A stretch of 64,000 nucleotides of DNA, from positions 4,464,001 to 4,528,000 of the forward strand of contig OZ024744.1 in NCBI GenBank assembly GCA_964016885.1, given 5' to 3'. The notes beneath the pieces are model-generated. The model made no database searches. It had not been told where the DNA came from and saw only the letters and a list, made by a program, of their open reading frames with translations. Made by a program: the position numbers and the translations under genes. The stretch is from Eledone cirrhosa (lineage: Eukaryota). This document shows, one piece after another, positions 52,496-62,800 of this stretch (position 1 is the stretch's first letter; each line of letters starts with the position of its first letter).

Positions 52496-55440
52496 CTTTG
52501 AGTCTCAGTCGTTGATGTTATTTAACTGGAAAGTTTGTTGAAATGAATATCAAGCCGCTACCTGCAGCCTCAGATATTCAGGACGTATCGGAGGGCTCTT
52601 GCTGTTCCCAGCAAGCATGCCTTTTGAAGTGTTCCAAAAAACGGGGTTCCATGTCTGTGGATCTCTAAATTCAGTTTTCTCAAAGAAGGTACTACGAAGG
52701 GATTTTTCATGAAGGTTGCTCTTTCTCCTTGTTGTTATTTCCTCCTTGGACATCTCCTGGTCTATTTATTGTCCTCTCCATCAGTACAATTCTGAGCATT
52801 GGCTCCCTACTGTCAGTCACGTATTTGTACAGGTTGTTTTCTCCATCTGAACACAGTCCTCTATGCTGATAAGACCACTTCCACCTTCATATCTCCTTAA
52901 GTAGAGTCTATCGACATCACTCCTCTTGTGGAACATGTTGTAGATAGTCAATAGCTTCCTAGTCTTCCTATCCATTTCTTTTTGTTCAGCAACATTCCAT
53001 TTCAGAATTCCCGCACTGTACCTAATAATAGACACAGCTCGGGAATTTACCGCAGTTATGACATTCCTACTATTTAGATTTGATTTTAATACGCTCCTTA
53101 CTCTCCTAATGTACTCAGATCTTATCAATTCCTTCATTGCTTTGTTCTTGATGTCATCTGCCTCCAGAACACCTAAATATGTGTATCCTTCTTCAGTGTC
53201 AATTTCCTTTATCATCTCACCTGTTGGTACCTGGATTCCGTTGCTTCACTCAATTTACTTCTCTTCATCACTAGGACTCCACCCTTATTAATACCAAATT
53301 GCATACATATATCATTTCTGAAAATACAGACAGTGTCAACAAGCACACCCAACTCCTTCTCACTCTTCCCAAAGAGTTTAAGATCGTCCATGAAGAGGAG
53401 GTAGTTGATGGTAAGCTCTCCTTTTCCCAACTTGTATCCTGCTCTTCCTTTTCGTAGTATAATGGTCAGGGGTATGAGGGCAAGACAAACAACAGAGAGG
53501 ACAAACTATCTCCCTGGAAGATACCTCTCTTGATGTTCACGCCTCCCAATGATTCTGCACCCGTTAACTCTGTTTCCCAGGACTTCATACGTTTGCTCAA
53601 CAACTGTCTGATGTTATCTGCCACCTTGAAGATCTCTAGGCTTTTGGTTATTGTAATCTATCCATCCCATGGCAAGATCAGTGTGTCTCCTCTTGCAATT
53701 CCTTATTACCATCTTATCAATAAGTAACTGGTCTTTTGTATCGCGGGACTTCTTTCGGCATCCTTTCTGTTCGTCCTGTAACAAGTTGTTTATGTGGAGG
53801 TGATGGTAGATTTCCTCAGACATAATGCTTGTTAACAGTTTCCACATTACGAACAGACATGTGATAGGTCTATAGTTGGTAACATCATTACCCTTGATTC
53901 GGTCTTTCACTACCAGAACTGTGGTACCTTTTGTCAACCACTCTGCTACCCCAGCTGACATTAAGCAGTCATTGAACATGGTTGTCAGTTTCGGGTGGAA
54001 GGATGTTATATTTTTAATCCAATACCCCTGCACACCATCTGGGCCTGGTGATTTCCAGTTGGTTAGTTTTCTGGCCTGCCCTTTAAGAATTTCAACTGTG
54101 ATACTTAAATCAGTTTGTTGGTGTGCTTGTTCATTAATCTCCTTTTATACTGTCTCAATCCACACTGCCTGATCATTATGTCCAACATCCTTCTCCCATA
54201 TTCCTCTCCAGAATGTCTCATTCTGTTCCGCTTCAGGGATCAAGTCGTTGCCTCTTTCTTTCCCTTCAAGCTGTCCAAACAACATCTTCTGGTTGTTATC
54301 AAACATGCGGTTCTGTCTATACTGACTGACTCTGCTCTCATACCGCCTAATCTTTGCACTCTTTGCTACAATGCATTGCTTCAGTTCCTCTATGATAATA
54401 TTTAGCTTTTTCCTCCTAATTTTGTACTTTATTTCCAGTCTATTTTTAGTGTCTATATTTTATAGTGTCCCATTCAGTAGGGACACAAGCTTTCCAATGT
54501 CTTTTCTCATTTCCTTGATTTGACCATTCAGTCGTTTCTTCCACCAAGGTTCTGATCTTTCCTGTTTTTTGTTTCCTCTCGCTTTTATGCCAAGTCATTT
54601 CCTCACCGCATTTGCTGTTGCTTTGAGGATATTGTTGCACTGGTGAAGGCTCCTCGCCTCAAGGTATGGGATGACATTGTTTACCTTAGCTGTTGTTTCT
54701 TTTAACGTTTTCCTGTCTACAAATCTTAGGTCCATAGGTTTCCCACTATCATTGTTCATTTCATCTACCCCTAAGTTTAGGATATCAACCAAATCTTGTC
54801 CTAGCCCGTCAGCATTCATCTCCTTAATAGCCGTATCTTTGTTCCAGGTATTTTTTATTTCAGCATTCAGATCATTGTCTGGTTTGGATGGTTCCTTCGT
54901 TCTCTCAACCTCTTCACCTTCATTTCCCACTGGCTCGTTTGCCTGGCATACTCCAATCTCTATTTCCAACCTAATCCCTCTGCTCAGTTCCTCCAGTTCC
55001 AGCTCGCTTATCCACACATTACTTCCTATTACCCGAGCCTGCCGGGCCAATTTTTGTTCATCTAATTTAAATAGACCAATCTCGTTCTAGATGTTATGCA
55101 TCCGTTTCCTATAGCCTTTTTCCTTGGGGTTACGCTTCAGGTAACATTGCATAACAGTTCTATTCAATTATTTCGTCCAGTTGGTTCTTGTCGCTTTCTG
55201 TCTTTATCTTCCTCCGACACCAACAGTATTTGGTTGACAGCCAGGTCCTTGCTGCTTAGCCAGGGAGCACCTGCTGGGTGAGAGTCTGTCACATGTCATT
55301 CCAGTCTCCACTTCACCGTTATTCGAACTGTTTATGTTCGACATTTAAACACTCTTATCGAGGATTGGTGAATGTATGGTTACATAACCACCGGTGATTT
55401 CATCACCACCGGTGATTTTAGTGTGGCACTATCACGCTGT
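52496..55440 (-). mobile_element. Decayed non-LTR retrotransposon, Dong/R4 clade (single ORF, restriction-like-endonuclease class), internally deleted
   Basis: Minus-strand translation across frameshifts gives the N-terminal motif NWTK*LNRTVMQCY...GYRKRMHNI*...DEQKLARQARVIGSNVWISELELEEL. RT motifs are WKSPGPDGVQGYWIK, NYRPITCL, EQKGCRK, AMGWIDY, RGIFQGDSLS, LLFMDDLKLF and YTYLGV, followed by DVDRLYLRRYEGGSGL. The C-terminus is LQKACLLGTARALRYVLNI*, then a ~75-bp 3' UTR and a (TAA)n end. Clade assignment rests on my recognition of these motifs. The 5' boundary is uncertain (55300-56145). Confidence 0.85.
52570..55299 (-). pseudogene. Disrupted reverse-transcriptase ORF of the Dong/R4-like element
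   Basis: Putative ATG at 55299 (MTCDRLSPSRCSLAKQQGPGCQP...) to TGA at 52572-52570. Multiple stops and frameshifts give fragments 54595..55050, 53614..54033, 53212..53430, 52817..53215 and 52550..52753. The motif expected after WIDY (KKAYD..PH.W) is deleted at ~53650. Confidence 0.85.
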
Positions 55441-55449
55441 AGACGAACA

Positions 55450-55890
55450 TAAATAAACAAACAAACAAATAGGTAAAAATTCCCCAAAAAAGAATAAGCA
55501 TAAGTTTCATTGTAATGTATTGTTTGAATGTCTGACTTAGTTTTTTTTTATTGTCTGTCTGTCTGTTTGTTTTTCTTTTCTTTTTTCTTTTCTTTACCTT
55601 TTTCGTTGCTGCTGTGCTGTTTTGATTTTGATTTTTGGTTTTTTAATGTTTTGACCGGGTCATCAAATCAGTCTATTTATATCTTTTGATGCCTTCCTCT
55701 TTTAGTGGGAATACTACGATGCCTGTCTTAGCAGGAGGTAGTGGGAGAGAATAGCGGCTGTAGCGATAATGAGATAGTGGTGGTGGTGATGTGATCGTAG
55801 TACTGTAGTGATGGTGTTGAAGTTGAAGTAGAAATAGAAGTTGAGGTAACTTGACTAGAGGTTTTGGCGTGGTAGTGGTGTTGGTGGTGA
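55450..55890. repeat. Low-complexity region with short (AAAC)n, (TGTC)n, T-rich and (GGT/TAG)-rich tracts
   Basis: Direct reading, e.g. AAACAAACAAACAAA (~55455), TGTCTGTCTGTCTGT (~55552), TAGTGGTGGTGGTG (~55775). Confidence 0.6.
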
Positions 55891-56142
55891 AATTATTACC
55901 TGTTCACTTAGCCATTTTTCTCCTTTTCGACTATAACATTTCTGATCCAAAATTAAATATTAAATATTGGGGCCCTATGCCGTAACGTGATGCGTTGTCG
56001 CTTGCTGAGAGTCAAAACTGTAATCTTATACGTCATTTGTAATAAGAATTATTCTATCACAGTTGTTTTAAATAAGTAAAAATCAAAAACTTTCGGGAGC
56101 GATTCCATAATGATATATACCCACCATGTGCGTGTTCTTCCC

Positions 56143-56144
<2 letters not shown>

Positions 56145-56176
<32 letters not shown>
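56145..56176. repeat. (TTA)10 microsatellite
   Basis: TTATTATTATTATTATTATTATTATTATTATT, read directly. Confidence 0.95.
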
Positions 56177-56560
56177 GGCGACCTACGTAGTAAATCGTAT
56201 TATCGTGAGCTCGGCAAAGGTTTGTTAATTTCAGTTGTTTAAAATTGCCATTTATGGAAAATTTGTATTGTTAATTGTACATAAGTGCACATACATTGTT
56301 TTCCGAAATGGACTCTCAAAACAATTGGGGCCTTGAGTCCAATATTTAACCTTTTATAAATATAAAAAAAACCACATTTCTTTGAAAAATCATGGCCGAC
56401 TCACAGCTGAACCCAGTAGCTGAGAGCCTTCCTCACAAAACTAACACCTCACACCGACACCACCATTGTAAATATTATTACGTTTGCCAACACTAAAAAT
56501 ATAAGCAGTAGCAATATTTTAAATTTGTCTCAGGCATACATTCATTTCCCGCCATTACCA

Positions 56561-58323
56561 ATGACTGCAGGTGTTGCAGCCGCCATCGCGACCACCACCA
56601 CAGCGACAACAGAAACAAAAAGAAAAAAATAAATTATCTCGTGATATCGAAATGAATTCACCCAAAATGAACTCTTCCACACCGAACACCACTGACGCCA
56701 CCACCACCACAACTGAAACTAAAATTAACAATAACAAAAATAACGATAACAACAGCAGCAACAATGAGAATAAGAAAACCCTGTCTTTTGCCAGAGTAGC
56801 AAACAAGTGCGAAGCAATCCAGGTAACTCAAGAGGAATTAGAAGAAGCCAAAAGAATGGTAAAGAAAGATGGGTACAGGATAAGCCCCACCCCCACCTAA
56901 TAAAATGGAGCATCGGCGCCTATGCACCGTGTCTTATCGGACGATTAACATAAAATCGCGCCGAGTGGAACTGGCATCCGAGTCCCGAATCCAAAAAGCT
57001 TTGGGACATGTGTGGGTAAAAAAACCCACATCAGACGTGGGCAGAAATATGGAACCATGGACGTGTTCTTTGAAAAGCCACAGGAGGCCAGAGAACACTC
57101 CATGGCCCCATTAAGAAGTGACGACTTCACACTCGTCCCAAACTATTGTGACCAGAGACTCTTAAAGATCAGGGTGACCCACATTCCACCGGCCATCGAA
57201 ATTCCCTGGCTAATGGCTGCCGTCCTCCCCGGCATCGAGGCCAACACCAAGATAATCGAAATAGCGAAAGAAAAGCAGGAGAACTGGTCCGGATCTGGGA
57301 TGGAGCTCCTGGTCCAAGCGGACCAAAGAAGCATTGAGGAGATCCCAGAGGTAATAGACCTCACTGACACAGCCACCTCCCCGTAATCGTCGAGGGCAGA
57401 AGGCCTAGGTGTGTCGTTTGGAGAAGGAACCCACCTATGGGCTTTCTGCCCTCAGGCTAAAAGGTTGAGGCCACCTCTCTTACCCACACCAGTGACTCAA
57501 CCATCAACACTACCATCAGCAGAAATGGCAGCAACAACTGTAGCAGCAACAACAGAAGCAACTGTAACAACAACAACTCCAGCAACAGTAGCAAAACCAA
57601 CAGCACCACCACCCAACGCTTCAGAACTAGCACCAGCGCCTACACCATCCACCACGCCACAACCAAAACCAACGCCTGTGGAGGATTTTTCACTCCCCGA
57701 TCTATCGCAACTGGAAACAGATTGTGACGACGAGGAGTGGGAAACGGTATCAGGACAAAAGAAAAAAAGAAAAAGAAACCCAAAAAGAAAAAAAATCCTC
57801 TTCCTTCCCCCTCCAAAAACAAAATACAGAGGGAAACAAATAAACTATCAAACAAAAAGGTTAGGACAGATATTTCACCATCCACACCAGCATCACCAAC
57901 CCCATCACCATAAACATCAACACCATCACCATCATTATCCCCAACACCACCATCACCAACACCTCAAAAGTCACCAAAAAGCGAAACAGAAACAAACCCA
58001 CAACAAACGCAAACAGAACAAAACAACCAAAACGATACACACTACACAGCATTAAATTTGAACAAACAATTATTACACTACATCCAACACAACACCAGCA
58101 TCACAGAAAAATACTACACAACAACCCAAAATTTAACACCTCCTCCACACATACAAATCACTCGCATCACACAGAAAACGTACACGACACTAAAGCAAAA
58201 ATACCCAAAGAATTCGTAGACTTCCGACAAGCACTCTCCAGGAGGATTTATAAGGACATCCTTCCGGGGAGGCCAGAAGAAGTGAAAAGGATGGAGAAAC
58301 CATCCTTCCTCTACGAGAAGTAA
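56561..58323 (+). pseudogene. Disrupted ORF1 (nucleic-acid-binding, gag-like zinc knuckle) of the L1/Tx1-type LINE
   Basis: Fragments 56571..56900, 56905..57114, 57012..57386 and 57411..58055 are linked by frameshifts and stops. They show an SFARV N-terminal motif and VIVEGRRPRCVV(C)GEGTHLWAFCP at ~57385-57452 with a 2-nt deletion in the second Cys codon, followed by Pro/Thr-rich and Lys-rich tracts. Start and end are inferred. Confidence 0.7.
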
Positions 58324-58362
58324 CGCAAGTGGTCTTTGCCGTCTTTTCCACTCTATTTCAAC

Positions 58363-59885
58363 ATGACCTCACTCAGAATAGGCAGCATAAATGCGCGTGG
58401 CTTGGGGTTGTCATGGAAGCAGGGCCACCTGCCCAATGACCTCAGGTCACTAAACATAGATGTAGTGGCCATCAGCGAAACCAGTATCTCCGAAGCACGG
58501 GCTTTCGCACCGATCTTTGGCGGCTACAATGTGTACGCATCTCCCAGCCGTCCTGGATTGGGGGAAGGAGTTGCTGTGCTTTTTCGGAGAGGTTTGGATC
58601 TCGCCATACGGGCCATCTTCCTGGACCCAGAGGTAAGTTGGTGGTGCTGGACCTGACCAGCGGAGACGGGCAAGCTTTCAGGCTAGTGGCCGTCTATGCC
58701 CCGGCAGGAGCAGGGCGACCTGATATCTTCCGGCGCCTGGAGACCTTTCTTGGAACGTCCCGCTCTTTAGTGTTAGTGGGCGACTGGAACGGGATCTCAG
58801 ATGCACGTTGGGACTGTGTGGGATTAGCGGATAGGGGAGGAGGGTGCAAGAGCTTCACCAACCTGCTCAGGCGTTTTGAACTGTCTGACAGGTACCGATT
58901 GGATTTCCCGAATGTGCCAATGTGAACTTGGACAAATCGCATAGGGTCATCCAGATCATATCTAGAGAGAGTACTTCATAGGGAATTAGATAGGTCTAGC
59001 ATAGGCTGTCCACAATTCAAGATAGTCAGCTACACGGACCACACATTTTGATCTGTGTGCTTGACTTAGATAGGCTTCATAGACGAGGACCCGGCTACTG
59101 GAAGCTAAACGCGTCCTTACCAACGCCCAAGGCCTACAGAGACCGGATTAGCGAACAAGTTAAGCGGGCGTTGACGGGGGCCATCGTCAACAACAAGTGT
59201 TTTTTTGCTCTGAAAAGTCCATTAGGTTTAGTAAGGTTTTAGCAATAGAGAAATATAGAGCAGTGGGAGAACTAGTTAGAAAATTAGACGAGGCGCTTAG
59301 CAAAGGCATCGCGACCGATGTACTTGCGGCGAAATTGGCCCTTGAACAATTCATCAATGCAAAACACGAAGGCTGCGTTGTCAGGGCTAGGGTGCGTGCT
59401 CTCAGACACAAGGCGACGAAAGCCGTTCAATGGGCCCGAGTGGGTTAGGCGCGTCGTGGCAACAAGGCCACGATCCGGTCTTTGGTGGACCACGACGAAC
59501 GCATGCTAATCGATGCCGGGCAAATGTGTGAAGCTTTTCAGCGACACTTTGCACAGCTGTTCGGGGGCAGCGGCGGGTCCAATCGAGGGATGGACTTTAG
59601 TGTCTACCTCGACGGACTGCCGCGGCTCTCGGTCACTGAGACGGAGTGTTGCGAAAAGCCGATAAGAGCCGCTGAAGTACGGGAGGCAATGACTGGCTGC
59701 ACAAGGGGTAAATCGCCTGGTTTGGATGGTCTGCTCTATGAACTTTACGTAAGATGCCAAACTTGTTCCGTAGGCCTCTTGGCGGACGTCTACTGCAACT
59801 GGCAACAGAACAGGAGAATTCCCAGCTCTGTGAGCCGAGGAGCTGTGGCGCTGCTGAGAAAGATCCGAACAAGGGGGATAACATA
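58363..59885 (+). pseudogene. Disrupted, 3'-truncated ORF2 (apurinic-like endonuclease plus linker; RT core absent) of the L1/Tx1-type LINE
   Basis: ATG at 58363 (MTSLRIGSINARGL). Fragments 58336..58656, 58638..58925, 59048..59242, 59197..59448, 59482..59886 and 59754 onward are joined by frameshifts and stops. It ends just before the expected N[FY]RPI motif. Confidence 0.87.
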
Positions 59886-62800
59886 ATTTTATTTTCATAT
59901 ATGTATTTATACTCGGTATTTTCCTTGAGTACTAGAAATATATGTGATGAATCGCACTTTTTTTAAGAAAAGTCTGCGATAATATTACTTATGCTGAACT
60001 CCATATTTTTGTTGAGTTTTTCGGAATGTTTTGACTATTGTATATTGTAAAGTGCTTTCTCATCTCATCCCGCCATTACTAGCTTGTGTTCACGCGTGTT
60101 TTGTTATTTCATTTCTTCACGCTATTCGCTTGCCTGCTTTTAACTCCCAGTGGATTATTTTTTCCCCTCGGTATTTTAGTAGTGGTGATTTAGTTAATGT
60201 GTTGAGCACTACTGAAGTCTAACCGTGACTAACCTCACTGAAAAGTTTCGTGACATGGTCTTTTAAGACTATATTGTGCATTTGTAGTTTTCCCCAAATT
60301 GACTGTTAAGTGTTACTTCTTGATGTTATTTTGAATAAAGATTGTATTACTTCTCCCCCAACTTACATAAAGTTTAATGACAAAGTTTTTCTTCTTGATT
60401 TGCTTTGAATTGAGGTTGTATTACTTTTTCCCGTTCATCTTACATTAAATATTTGTTCATCTTGATGGTATAGTCACTGATGTACCTGATTTATTGTTGG
60501 CATTTTGCTTACATATATTTTCTTTTCATTTATTTGATACACGGTGTTTTATTTGAGTGGTACTAATATTTGTGACTAATCCCATTTTTTTTTCAAAAGG
60601 GTGCTATAATATTGCTTATGCTGATCTCCATATTTTTGTTGAGATTTTTCGGAATGTTTTGACTGTTGTTTCTTTTAAACTGCTTTCTCATCTCATCCCG
60701 CCATCACTAGTTTGTGTTAACGTGTGTTTGGTTATTTCATTTCTACACGCTGTCCGCTTGCCTGCTATTAACCACCAGTGGATTATTCTTTCCCCTCGGT
60801 ATTTTAGTAGTGGTGATTTAGTTAATGTGGTGAGCACTACAGAAGATCGACTCCAACAGTGACTAACCCCTCTGAAAAGTTTCGTGACATGGTCTTTTAA
60901 CATAATATAGTGCATTTGTAGTTTTTCCCAAATTGGCGCTTAGATATTACTTCTTGATTTTATTTTGAATTAATATTGCATTGCTTTTTCCCAAACTTAC
61001 ATAAATTTTCATGACAAAGTTTTTCTTCTTGATTTGTTTTAAATTAAGATTGTATTACTTTTTTTCTCTCATCTTACATTAAATAATTGTTCGTCTTGAT
61101 GATTTAGTCAGTTATATACCTGAATTATTGTTGGCATTTTGCTTACATTAATTTTATTTCCATTTATATATTTATACTCGGTGTTTCCCTTGACTTCTAC
61201 TAATATTTGTGACTAATCCCAGTTTTTTTAAAAAAAGAATGCGATAATATTGCTTATGCTGAACTCCATATTTTTTTGAGTTTTTTCGGAATGTTATCAC
61301 TGTTGTTCCTTTAAACCAATTTCTCATCTCATCCCGCCATCACTAATTTGTGTTCACGTGTGTTTTGTTATTTCATTTCTACACACTGTTCGCTTGCCTG
61401 CTTTTAAATCCCAGTTGATTTATTTTTCCCCTCGGTATTTCAGTGGTGGTGTTTTAGTTAATGTGTGGAGCAGTACTGAAGATCGGTTTCCACCGTGACA
61501 AACCACACTGAAAAGTTTCGTGACATGGTCTTTTGAGACTATATAGTGCATTTGTAGTTTCCCCAAATTGAAGGTTAAGAATTACTTCTTGATTTTATTT
61601 TGAATTAAGATTGTATTGCTTTTTCCCCAACTTACATAAAGTTTGATGACAAAGTTTTACTTCTTTATTTGTTTTTAATTAAGATTGTATTCATTTTTTT
61701 CCCTCATCTTACATTAAATAATTTTTCGTCTTGATGGTTTAGTCACTTATATACCGGAAATATTGTTGGCATTTTACTTACATTAATTTTATTTGCATTT
61801 ATATATTTATATTCGGTATTTTCCTTGAGTGCTACAAATATTCCCATTTCTTTTTCAAAAAAGACTGCGAAAATATTGCTTATGCTGAACTCCATATTTT
61901 TATATGAGATTTTTCGGAATGTTTTGACTGTTGTTTCTTTTAAACCGATTTCTCATCTCATCCCTCCATCACTAGTTTGTGTTCACGTGTGATTTGTTAT
62001 TTCGTTTCAAACACAGTCTTCGCTAGCCTGCTTTTAAATTCCAGTGGATTATAGATTTCCCCTCGGTATTTTAGTAGTGGTGATTTTGTTAATGTAATGA
62101 GCACTACTGAAGATCGACTCCAACAGAAACTAACCCCACTGAATAGGTTCGTGATATGGTTTTTTAAGACTATATAGTGCATATGAAGTTTCCCCAAATT
62201 GACGGTTAAGTATAATTCATGATTTTATTTTGAATTAAGATTGTATTGCTTTTACCCCAACTTATATAGTTAGTTGTATGACAAAGTCTTTCTTCTTGAT
62301 TTGTTTTGAATTAAGATTGTATTCCTTTTTTTTCCCTCATGTTACAGTAAATAATTTTTCGTCTAGATCGTTTAGTCACTTATATACCTGAATTATTGTT
62401 ATCATTTTGCTTACATTAATTTTATTTTCATTTATATATTTATTATCGGTGTTTTACTTAAGTGCTACTAATAATTTTTACTAATCCCTGTTTTTTTTTA
62501 AAGACTGCGATAATATTGCTTATGCTGAACTCCATATTTTTGTTGATTTTTTCGGAATGTTTTGATTGTTGTTTCTTGTAAACTGCTTTCTCATATAATC
62601 CCGCCAACAGTAGTTTCTTTTCAGGTGTGTTTTGATATTTCATTTCTACACGCTGTTCGTTTGCCTGCTTTTAACTCCCAGGGGATTATTTTTCCCCCTC
62701 GGTATTTTAGTAGTGCTGATTTAGTTAATGTATTGAGCACTACTGAAGATCGACTCAAATCGTGACTAACCCCAATGAAAAGTTTCGTTACATGGTCTTT

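Larger units (their letters stand above)
56540..59885 (+). mobile_element. Decayed L1/Tx1-type LINE (ORF1 plus APE-endonuclease ORF2), 3'-truncated before the RT core
   Basis: Two-ORF layout. ORF1 remnant carries a CX2CX4HX4C knuckle. ORF2 has APE motifs SINARGL, DVVAISET, GVAVL, VAVYAP, LVGDWN, (W)TWTN, YTDH and the L1/Tx1-typical GPGYWKLNASL, then KSPGLDGL and LLRKDPNKGDNI, where it abuts the 630-bp array. The 5' boundary is approximate. Confidence 0.87.

Noticed and set aside
53058-55281. Plus-strand ORFs (53058, 53530, 53876, 54115, 54671, 55096)
   Set aside because: They are antisense shadows of the minus-strand RT pseudogene with no recognisable motifs.
56178-56372. tRNA-derived SINE or LINE 3' end ending in a short A-run
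   Set aside because: No convincing A/B boxes or target-site duplication could be identified by eye.
57880-57965. His-rich metal-binding protein
   Set aside because: It is a low-complexity CAC/CAT/CCA tract within the frameshifted LINE ORF1, and the His reading probably reflects a shifted frame.
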